DNA of 61,874 nt from a virus (taxonomy: Duplodnaviria > Caudoviricetes), in the IMG/VR virus record IMGVR_UViG_3300021404_000012, positions 1 through 61,874 of that record; one strand, 5' to 3'. Under the pieces are notes generated by a model. It did not search any database, was not told the DNA's origin, and worked only from the letters and a program-made list of their open reading frames with translations. How positions within the stretch are numbered: the first letter of the stretch is position 1; the number at the start of each line of letters is the position of its first letter. Made by a program: the position numbers and the translations under genes. Shown here one piece after another: positions 17,689 through 25,597 of this stretch.

Positions 17689-17720
17689 CATTAGTTTAAA
17701 CTAATGGTTGAGTTTGTCAA
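17689..17720 (-). promoter_or_regulatory. Early promoter with a perfect 18-bp palindrome over the -10 box
   Basis: TTGACA-N16-TAAACT; palindrome CATTAGTTTAAACTAATG at 17689-17706. Confidence 0.65.
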
Positions 17721-17899
17721 TAGAAAATATTAGGGGCATATTTTCAGGTGGTCTCGACGCGGGGGATATTTGTGGGTGGTGTCCTCGTGATGACGCACGT
17801 AAATGCGCCGCCGCGACGTGGTGCCGCAACGCAGAATTTATCTGTATGCTACGACGGCACTACAAAGTTGAGTTGGCTAACTGCCTTATACCAAACGAA

Positions 17900-18480
17900 T
17901 AATTAGTGCCAACAATTCTAGGGTTGAGTTTAAAAATATCCTCGACTACTGGTAGTTGGTTGTAATGGCGTTTTGGCGAATTAGGACATATTTAAAAGTG
18001 GCGTAATTTCCTCATATAATATCAACGTCTCAAGTGCATTATTCCATTATTCCATAAGATTTTTCACCATAAGACCATACACACACCCCCAATCTCGAAA
18101 CGCATCGAATGTAATCGAGCACTCGATTTCACGTATCCTCTTGTGCGGAAAAACGGGGTAGAAAAGTGGAATAATTAGGCTAACCCCCTGCTATATATAT
18201 ATATATTATTCCATTTAAAATAAAATAATAATGGCCTAATTGCCGTCGCGCCGTTTGTTTACGGTTGACCGTGATCGTTCTCGGGATAGCATGCGTGACA
18301 ACTGGCATTAATCCACATCGGGAGCCCGCGCGAAATGGCTCAATGCCCTAATCCAGTCTCAGCGTGCATTAGGTATCGGTAGATTATTTAATGAAATCAA
18401 TGCGTTAAGATGCAATTGGCCGGTTACCCACGATAAAAACCCACATCAATTGATCCATGTCGCACTACGGGTAGTGGATC
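17900..18480. other. AT-rich non-coding region, candidate replication origin
   Basis: No credible ORF; (TA)n tract at ~18192-18206; repeated TTATTCCA and AATTAGG. Confidence 0.4.
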
Positions 18481-18519
18481 ATTGCGCGAACTTTCACGCG
18501 CGCGAAAGATCGTGGGCAC

Positions 18520-18553
18520 AAAAAAACCCCGCACGGCGCAAGCCGTGCGGGGT
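18520..18553 (-). terminator. Rho-independent terminator
   Basis: CCCCGCACGGC-ttgc-GCCGTGCGGGG followed by a T tract. Confidence 0.85.
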
Positions 18554-18572
18554 CGAGTGTGAGCGTCGCTGA

Positions 18573-19532
18573 CTAGTCAGTCAGCTTGCCGACGCCAGCG
18601 TTCGCCTTGGCGTTCGCCGCAGCCCTACGTAGGTCGGGCTTGCCGCGCATCTTCGCAGCGCGCTCTGCCTGCCGCTTCTCAGCGGCGGCAGCGTCTTCGC
18701 GAGCCTGGCGCGCCGCTTCGAGCCGCTTGTAGTCGATACCTTTCAGGTATTCCATGACGACATCCCACTCGTCGCAACCTTCCGGGTATTCGTCGGCAAC
18801 GATCTCCAAGCTCTTGAGAGCTTGCCGCACGAGGTTGGCGCAGCGCTTGGGATCGCGGCGCAACTTCTTGCCCCGAGCCTCACAGAAATCCTCAAGGCTA
18901 TCAAAGATAGCCTCGTCCTCGGGTGTCGTTGCCCCAGCACGGGCGTCGAGCAAACCGCCTTTCTGGAACACGGCATGGTAGGACTTAGCGAAGCTATCAT
19001 GCAGCGGGGTATCGACGTCATCCTTTTTGAAGGATTTGCCAGCCGCTTTCGCCTCGTCTCTTGCCACTTTTGTGGCAGCAGTTTCCTCTGCCCACATCTC
19101 ACGCGCTCTCGTGAGATCGCTCTCGACGTGCTCACGGGCTTTCGGGTGGATGGCACGCTCGATCTCGCTACGCAATTGGGTGAGCGTGTCCTCGGTCGAA
19201 TTGCGCTCGTCACGATATGCGGCGATTGCGAGATCGACGCCTTGCATAACGTACTGAACTTCGTTCCACTCGTTTTCGATCGCCGCCTTGACTATCGTCA
19301 AGATGAGCGACACGCGGGTTCCATCGTGCGCATCGCTAGCCTTGTCAAAATCCGACTTGGCTAAACCTTTGGTTTGATCCGACTTGGCATACTTGCCAAT
19401 GATGTCATCCATGACCGCTTTAGCGGCAGTCGTGATGGGGTCGACGGGCTTGGGTGTCGCCACCGCGTCAGGCGTCGGCTTCGCCTCGTCTGTGACGAGC
19501 TGAACGGGGGACTTCGTGTTTGTGTTTGCCAT
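18573..19532 (-). CDS. Hypothetical helical early protein
   Basis: 319-aa Ala/Lys/Glu-rich ORF with its own terminator. Confidence 0.75.
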   Translation of the reverse strand: MANTNTKSPVQLVTDEAKPTPDAVATPKPVDPITTAAKAVMDDIIGKYAKSDQTKGLAKSDFDKASDAHDGTRVSLILTIVKAAIENEWNEVQYVMQGVDLAIAAYRDERNSTEDTLTQLRSEIERAIHPKAREHVESDLTRAREMWAEETAATKVARDEAKAAGKSFKKDDVDTPLHDSFAKSYHAVFQKGGLLDARAGATTPEDEAIFDSLEDFCEARGKKLRRDPKRCANLVRQALKSLEIVADEYPEGCDEWDVVMEYLKGIDYKRLEAARQAREDAAAAEKRQAERAAKMRGKPDLRRAAANAKANAGVGKLTD

Positions 19533-19873
19533 GATTGCGAACTCACACTTTGGTTGTCGGGACGATGTTGTCCCATCAATGGCGAAGCTGATTTGAACTA
19601 CCGGTAGTGCCACCTTCACCGTCACAAAGTGACGGTGCGGACCTGGCCCTTGTGCATGATGCGTGCGTCATTATGCGTGCATCCCGTGCGCGTCACGAGG
19701 CTTCGGCCAGCCCCCGGCCCCGGTCTGTCCATGGCCCCCGGCCTGGCTCCCGCCGCCACCTGCAGCGCCTAGACGAGAGTGACCCAAAAAGTGAAGTTAA
19801 CTTTTATTAACGCCACTTCACCACTACGGTAGTGCGGTACGTCGCACCGGCAGCCCTAGGAACTGCCGGTGCC

Positions 19874-20201
19874 GCGCGTCACTCTGGGTTTCACGCCTAA
19901 AAAAGGGCTCGCGCCATCTGTTGGGTTCAATCGCACATCCTTGGGCTCGCGCCGCATCAAGGGTTTTCCGCTCACCTAAGGGCTTACGCTACTTGCCGGG
20001 TTTTCCGCTTTCCATTTGGTTCGCGCGTTTCTTCGGGGTTCTCGCACAAGGTCGGGCTCGCGCTGCCTGTCGGGTTCTCGCTCAGGACTGGGCTAAATCG
20101 AACCGCCGGCGCCGCCGGCGGCTCACACGCAGAGTGTCGGGGTTTTCGCCTGTAACTGGGTTCGCGCAATACATAGGGTTCAACGCGTGTCCTGAGGGCT
20201 C
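19874..20201 (-). ncRNA. TIGR-like guide array (6+2 units, split by a GC hairpin at 20103-20121)
   Basis: Alternating repeats (loop variants GCGGAAAACCC, GCGATTGAACCC) with 8-nt spacers; 3' hairpin at 19843-19872. Confidence 0.85.
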
Positions 20202-20341
20202 CGTGGTTGTTCACCACGGTTCACAGAATATCACCGTCGTAAATACAGGTCTACAAGTTTCGTATTTTTGAGATTGAGGATTTTCAATAACTTAACGTTT
20301 CTCTTGCGCGCGAATGACATTCTCGTTACGGTTTTATTCCC

Positions 20342-21034
20342 ATGATCCTCCCCCCAGACGGTCAAGGCCACATCCGGTTCGCCGCGATCTCGCGCACGGC
20401 GCTGGGCACGCGCTGCGCGCGGCTAAACGATCTGCAAAAATTCTACTCTCGATTACCTAAACTACAGTGCGACAAGGTAATTCACCTCGGCGGGGTTACC
20501 GAGACGGCGGCGCCCGAACTCGCGAAAATTTACCCCCGCGTCGAGGGCGTGACCACCGTCGAGCTGGCAAACGGCAGCTTCGCCCCCTGCGGCGGGCGTA
20601 TGCTGCGGGAAGGCCGCGCCGACTGGGTTACCACCCCAAATAAGATACCCCTCGCCCTACGGGCTCTGGAGGGCATTAAAAACGAAACGGTCCTGTGTCT
20701 TTATTATGACCGGTCGGGGGATCGGGGTTTATCTGAAATTGCCGATGAGGTGTATGAGCGCGATAGCGAGCGGGGGCGAATGGAAGGTGGTAACACTTCG
20801 TTTGTGATCTTGGTCGGGGGCCAGCGCCGGCTGGCGCACCGGTACTTTCAGAATACCACGCGCACCACCTGCTTTGTCGGCAGCGTCGGGGTGTTCGACG
20901 CCCGCGCCAGTGTCAAGAACCCGCCGGCGCCCTACGGCGGCAGCATCGTCGAGGTGAAGCTGCACGGTGACGGCAGCTTGGACACCTGCACGCTGACCTT
21001 TCGCGACATGTCTGGGGGGATGCCGGATGTCTGA
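20342..21034 (+). CDS. Degenerate calcineurin-like metallophosphoesterase-fold protein
   Basis: IRFAAISRTALG, VIHLGG, ILVGGQR and GGSIVEV fall at the positions of the DxH, GD and GHxH motifs, but the metal ligands are lost. Confidence 0.5.
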   Translation: MILPPDGQGHIRFAAISRTALGTRCARLNDLQKFYSRLPKLQCDKVIHLGGVTETAAPELAKIYPRVEGVTTVELANGSFAPCGGRMLREGRADWVTTPNKIPLALRALEGIKNETVLCLYYDRSGDRGLSEIADEVYERDSERGRMEGGNTSFVILVGGQRRLAHRYFQNTTRTTCFVGSVGVFDARASVKNPPAPYGGSIVEVKLHGDGSLDTCTLTFRDMSGGMPDV

Positions 21035-21239
21035 AGTGCGTGAGCGAGTGAAAGTAAGTGATAGGGTGATTGTCACCGATCACAGCGAGGTTATCCAAAT
21101 CTCGGTCTACCGCGACGCCGACAAGCTGGTCTGCGTCGAGCAGTCTCCCCTGCAATCGCTGATGATCGCCGAGCGGCTGCTCGACGCCGCGCTGCGCCGG
21201 CTGATCGTGGACAGCGAGACCCGCGCCAAGTTTTTGTAG
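21027..21239 (+). CDS. Hypothetical protein
   Basis: Overlaps the upstream stop. Confidence 0.55.
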   Translation: MSEVRERVKVSDRVIVTDHSEVIQISVYRDADKLVCVEQSPLQSLMIAERLLDAALRRLIVDSETRAKFL

Positions 21240-21608
21240 GGTTTTGTAGGGTTGTGTAGGGTGTTGCGTGGTTCCGCGACGTTCTGTCGCACGCCCCGCA
21301 AACCTTACGGCAGGGGTGCGTTCCTTACACATGGCTGTCATTCAGGGTTGTGGACAATCTGCCGGTCATCCCGATAAGTGGTTTCATATAAAATGTTTTT
21401 CACGCCTCCGTGAGCCCCTGGCCCCACGGGCCAGGGGTAGGAGCTGATGTGAACATACATGGTACATACGCAATGTGATAGTATAACCTCCATAATAAGG
21501 CGGCTAAAATTACAATGGCCTAAGGGACGGTAATAAAATATAAATATGAACCTTATACACCGGCGTTCTGTTGGTTGTGGGCAGAAGCGTGATCTGTGGA
21601 GGTTATAT

Positions 21609-22133
21609 ATGAGAGGAAGTGGAGCGGCGCGTGGGGGCGCCGCTGCAGGGCGTGGGGAACCAGAAACGCTGCCGCCGGTTAATTCGTATGTCATCAGCGG
21701 AATAACCGAGTGGTTGTACGGTCGGGAACGTATGCAACGCCGGCCCGAGGCGACGGCGAAAGTGTTGTGGCTCGTGTGCGTGCTGCACAAGGATAGGATA
21801 CCTTGGCCCACAAGGCCGGCGGTCTCAACGCACCTGGGTGTGTCGATGCCGTTGGTGGACGTGGCGATCTCGCAAAGGCGGGCCGATGGTTTGCTTACTG
21901 TGGTGATCGAGACCAAGCGCGGGCACGTCAAGCAACGGGCGTCGGTGGTAACCGACAAATACATCGAGCCTAGCGAGGAACTCTTTAAGATTTTTCGCGA
22001 TGCCGAGAAAGCCGAGAAGAAATTACTTAAGAAAGCCGCGACGGCGGCGAAGTCCGTGGCGTTTATCACCACGGGCGCGACGGCCCTTTGTTTGGCCCAG
22101 TTATGTTGCGCTTGCTTTCTCCACTATATATAG
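21609..22133 (+). CDS. Putative winged-HTH DNA-binding protein
   Basis: WPTRPAVSTHLGVSMPLVDVAISQRRADGLL is wHTH-like; GGAGG RBS. Confidence 0.55.
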   Translation: MRGSGAARGGAAAGRGEPETLPPVNSYVISGITEWLYGRERMQRRPEATAKVLWLVCVLHKDRIPWPTRPAVSTHLGVSMPLVDVAISQRRADGLLTVVIETKRGHVKQRASVVTDKYIEPSEELFKIFRDAEKAEKKLLKKAATAAKSVAFITTGATALCLAQLCCACFLHYI

Positions 22134-22257
22134 GTAATATAGTTGCACTGCCTGCCGCTTGGTGTTTGCTGGCGGGCTGGGTTAGACGGCGAGTGCCATA
22201 AAAACCCCGTCATCGGGTGGGGGCCTTTTCACACTCGGCCCCGCGACCCGATTTTTT

Positions 22258-22294
22258 GAGCCCGGCCAGGGGCGAGAACCCCACCGCATAGCGC
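22258..22294 (+). ncRNA. Single TIGR-like guide unit
   Basis: GAGCCC-ggccaggg-GCGAGAACCCC-accgcata-GCGC followed by a terminator. Confidence 0.85.
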
Positions 22295-22296
22295 GG

Positions 22297-22323
22297 AACC
22301 GGCCCCCTGCGGGGCCGGTTTTT
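22297..22323 (+). terminator. Terminator after the single guide unit
   Basis: AACCGGCCCC-ctgc-GGGGCCGGTT followed by TTT. Confidence 0.75.
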
Positions 22324-22342
22324 ATGGTTACTACCGGTAGTG

Positions 22343-22630
22343 CTACTGACCTGAGGTGCTGCCCCCGAGGATGTAGCCGGCGATCGCCGAGAGCGCGGCG
22401 AGCGCGGCCTCGCCGCTGATCTTCTCCTGCAAGCACAAAAGCGCGATCGTCGGGACTATCAAGAATAATACGATCGCCCGCGAGATGATCCGCCCCTCGA
22501 TCATCTGCCGGACCGTCGCGTCGCTGCCGGGGGCGAAGAAGATACTGCCAAAAACCAGCAGGCCGGTGACGGTGACTAAAATCCCCACCATGCCGAACGC
22601 CGCCCAGATCAGGCGATCGTGGCTGTCCAT
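22343..22630 (-). CDS. Membrane protein (holin-like candidate)
   Basis: Three hydrophobic helices, ends AIAGYILG. Confidence 0.55.
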   Translation of the reverse strand: MDSHDRLIWAAFGMVGILVTVTGLLVFGSIFFAPGSDATVRQMIEGRIISRAIVLFLIVPTIALLCLQEKISGEAALAALSAIAGYILGGSTSGQ

Positions 22631-22634
22631 CGCG

Positions 22635-22841
22635 TCACTTAATTTCCATGCAGCGGGTGACGATCTGCGTCACCAGCGCGGTTCGCCGGTCGATCTGATC
22701 GGCGAGGAACCACATCACCAGACCCAAAAACACCACATTAAGCAGCACCAGCATGAGGAAAGCCGGCGGCAGCGCGCCGATCAGCTTCGAGCTGATATCG
22801 GTGACCGCGCCGATCGTGCCCTCGTGTTGAGGTTCGCTCAT
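22635..22841 (-). CDS. Small membrane protein
   Basis: Single transmembrane helix. Confidence 0.6.
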   Translation of the reverse strand: MSEPQHEGTIGAVTDISSKLIGALPPAFLMLVLLNVVFLGLVMWFLADQIDRRTALVTQIVTRCMEIK

Positions 22842-23026
22842 TGATCAAGATGATCCCTCAGATAGTCCCCCAGATGCTGGCATATGTCGTGTGCCCGCAC
22901 TAAGGGACTGCTTCCTACGTGAGCTACATTTAGCAACAGCGTCACAAGGTCTTCGAGCATCTCCTGCGAGGGGTCTTCAAGCGCGGCGACGGCGCCCTCG
23001 TGTTTGGGATCGGGAGGTTCACTCAT
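22838..23026 (-). CDS. Hypothetical protein
   Basis: ATGA-coupled; N-terminus resembles that of the neighbour (MSEP..HEG). Confidence 0.55.
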   Translation of the reverse strand: MSEPPDPKHEGAVAALEDPSQEMLEDLVTLLLNVAHVGSSPLVRAHDICQHLGDYLRDHLDQ

Positions 23027-23232
23027 GGTGTCTGCTGCTGTTCAGCCGCCTCCAGGCCCAGCGGGCCGGGGGGCGGCACCGGCGGGGCCGCGCCAAACCG
23101 CGCGACGTACTGCCGCGTCAGCGAGTGGCGGCAGTACATCCATAGGTTTGTATCGTTGCTCAGTTGAGTAGCCCGCGTGGCGGGGGTGGTCGAGAGGTTG
23201 ATCATGCGCTGGTAATAAAGCCGTGATGCCAT
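23023..23232 (-). CDS. Hypothetical protein
   Basis: AGGAGG RBS. Confidence 0.6.
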   Translation of the reverse strand: MASRLYYQRMINLSTTPATRATQLSNDTNLWMYCRHSLTRQYVARFGAAPPVPPPGPLGLEAAEQQQTP

Positions 23233-23243
23233 TGGTTCCTCCT

Positions 23244-23459
23244 TTAAGACCGAGGCGTCCCGTCAGGGTGCCGGGTGATGGCGATGTTGGCCCACATCGC
23301 GACTTCGCGGAGCTTGCGCATCAGGTAGGTTTTGTCAGGCCCTTCGGGGATGATCAGATCAAGGTCTTTCGCCAATTCGCTGAATAGCTCGCGCGCCTGG
23401 CCCATCGTTGTCATCTGATCGTCGGTTGGCTTTAGGTATTCAAATGTAGACTTGTCCAT
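23244..23459 (-). CDS. Acb2/Tad1-like helical hairpin protein (candidate anti-defence nucleotide sponge)
   Basis: FEYLKPT..Q...R...ELA....IPEGPDKT..MRKLREVAMWANIAI pattern. Confidence 0.5.
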   Translation of the reverse strand: MDKSTFEYLKPTDDQMTTMGQARELFSELAKDLDLIIPEGPDKTYLMRKLREVAMWANIAITRHPDGTPRS

Positions 23460-23470
23460 CGTTCCCTCCT

Positions 23471-24883
23471 TCACGTCCACGCCGCTGATGAATACGGCGC
23501 TAACCCTGTGCCTTGCGTAGGGTTAAAGAAGCGGCGTTCTCGCATGAGAACCCTGCCGGTGAGGTTGCTCTGGGTGCCCAGGCAGAAATACTGGAGCGCG
23601 TCGCAGATATCCGACCAGGGGTGTAATTTCTCAGGTATGTCGTCGAGGACGCCGTCGCGGCGCCGCCTGTATCGATACTTATTACCGAGGGCGGAAATCA
23701 GGATCGGGCACCCGATCCTGCTTATTTGCAGGGCCGGCTGGCCCATCACCTGCTGTCTGAGGAATTTCTCGACGGCCAGCAACCGCATATCAATTACATT
23801 CGTACTCGCAGGGTAGGCTAAAAATCCCTCCTCCTTCAACACGTCGAAGGGGGTTTCTTCCCTGGTTTGCGACCGTTGGCGACCCGCAGGATCACCCACC
23901 ACAAAAACTCTTTTCCCCGCAAACGGCGGCGCCAGTAAGACCGGCTTGAGGTGCTCCTGCAGCATCTGCACCAGCCCCATGCCCTCGGTGACGATCTCCT
24001 TCATAATTATGGCTCTGCCGTAATTATCGTGCTGCCCGATCAGCGCGCACGGCGTGCGTCCGAAGTCCAAACCGATCATCAGGGGTTTGTTTGGATTAAC
24101 TGTTACACTCATGTCCTTGACGTGGGTGGGCGCGTGGAAGGTTCGCCTGAACACCGCCTGGCCGGCGTTGCTCTCGCCCCACTGGCTCTCGACGTGAACC
24201 AGGGACCACTCAACATCCTTGTCCCCCATTAATTCATCATAGTAGCCGTCAGGAAGGTTCTCGACGTTCTCGGCGTCGGGGCCGATGCCTGACGGCTGGT
24301 GATACAGCGCCCATGACGGGTGCGGATTTAATACCAGCCGGTCGTGGTAGGGACTTTCTGTATCCCAGGGATTTGTATCGGCGATGATCCCGCGCCAAGT
24401 GGCGCCGCCGAGGGCCTTGGAGGGATATCTTCCACACCGACCCAGTAGTGGGCGGATGATGTCGAACGGCACTTCACGCAGCTCGTTGATCCACGCGCCG
24501 GTGAGCTGCATTGAGAGTAACCTTCGGACATCTTCCTTGTTGTCCAACGGCAGTAGCATCCAGTCGCTGTGAACGCCTGTCCCATCCGGCAGGTGCAGCC
24601 TCACCTGCAGCGTGCTGTCGGTGACATAGTAGTGAACCGTCTCGCCCATGTACTGGATCGCGTCGGCTAGGACGGTCTGGCGGAGTTGCTGCAGCGTGTT
24701 TCTGATGAGCGCGAAGCGGGTGTAGCGGACGCCGTTGCTCGGCTCCTGCTCGATCGCCCGCCGCAGCAGCTCCATAATGCAGCCCATGGTCTTGCCCGAA
24801 CCGAGGGGGCCGACCAGCACGCGGATGACGTGTTGATCATCCAGCATGAAGTCCTGCACGGTTGGCGGGGGCTGGAAGAACAT
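23471..24883 (-). CDS. terL: Terminase large subunit
   Basis: GPLGSGKT Walker A, AWINE Walker B, DTNP, GLDFGRTP RNase H fold, GDPAG, DALQY. Confidence 0.93.
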   Translation of the reverse strand: MFFQPPPTVQDFMLDDQHVIRVLVGPLGSGKTMGCIMELLRRAIEQEPSNGVRYTRFALIRNTLQQLRQTVLADAIQYMGETVHYYVTDSTLQVRLHLPDGTGVHSDWMLLPLDNKEDVRRLLSMQLTGAWINELREVPFDIIRPLLGRCGRYPSKALGGATWRGIIADTNPWDTESPYHDRLVLNPHPSWALYHQPSGIGPDAENVENLPDGYYDELMGDKDVEWSLVHVESQWGESNAGQAVFRRTFHAPTHVKDMSVTVNPNKPLMIGLDFGRTPCALIGQHDNYGRAIIMKEIVTEGMGLVQMLQEHLKPVLLAPPFAGKRVFVVGDPAGRQRSQTREETPFDVLKEEGFLAYPASTNVIDMRLLAVEKFLRQQVMGQPALQISRIGCPILISALGNKYRYRRRRDGVLDDIPEKLHPWSDICDALQYFCLGTQSNLTGRVLMRERRFFNPTQGTGLAPYSSAAWT

Positions 24884-24902
24884 TGTCTACCAGTCCCCGC
24901 CC

Positions 24903-24944
24903 GCGCATGGGACAGGGTTTTCACGCGGGTTCGTGGGCTCGCGC
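24903..24944 (-). ncRNA. Single TIGR-like guide unit between terS and terL
   Basis: GCGCGAGCCC-acgaaccc-GCGTGAAAACCC-tgtcccat-GCGC. Confidence 0.8.
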
Positions 24945-24954
24945 CAATCTAGCA

Positions 24955-25521
24955 TCATACTTCGACATCCTCAAACTCGGCGTCGTCCTCGTCGGGACGC
25001 AGCGAGATCGACTGCCGGGGCGGCGGGATTTCATCGGCTTCCACTACGGTAGTGGCGCGGTAATCCTTGCGGCCCCCGGCGAAGTTGATGGTCAGGTTGA
25101 ACGCGGCGCCGAGGGACTTTTGCTGCGCGTCCTTGGCGCCGGCGGGCGCCCCATCCACGCCGGCTCCCCTCTGGAATTGCTTAAAACCGTCGATCCGCTG
25201 CGCGATCGGTGTCCTCGGGTCGTTGATCAGCGCCGTCATCGGGATGATTAATTGTTCAGTGGCGTGCATGAACTTGTTGCGTATCCGCACCTCGGTTGCT
25301 TCGTCGCTCAAGTAGAGCGCCCGCAGTTTGCGCGCCTCGTAGACAATAACCGGGTGCAGCCGCAGGTATTCCTTGAGCGCATCCTTGCCGTCGAGCCCGT
25401 AGCGGTGGGCGATCGTCTCGGCGTCGTGCATCCCCATCGCGAGGTCGTACTGCAGCCGCAGTATCAGCGCGTCTTCCTGCGCCGGGTTCGGGTCGTAGAT
25501 CGAAGGATAAGGGCTGCTCAT
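24955..25521 (-). CDS. Probable terminase small subunit
   Basis: Immediately upstream of terL; N-terminal HTH-like region, FNLTINF strand, acidic tail. Confidence 0.65.
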   Translation of the reverse strand: MSSPYPSIYDPNPAQEDALILRLQYDLAMGMHDAETIAHRYGLDGKDALKEYLRLHPVIVYEARKLRALYLSDEATEVRIRNKFMHATEQLIIPMTALINDPRTPIAQRIDGFKQFQRGAGVDGAPAGAKDAQQKSLGAAFNLTINFAGGRKDYRATTVVEADEIPPPRQSISLRPDEDDAEFEDVEV

Positions 25522-25597
25522 ATTTTTACACGCCCTTGCGTTGCGAATTTTTCGAGGTATAACGTATGAAGGTCATATTTTCAAATGGGGGTGATAG

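Noticed and set aside
21231-21262. Short tandem repeat of TGTAGGGT (three copies)
   Set aside because: Too short and without context to assign a function
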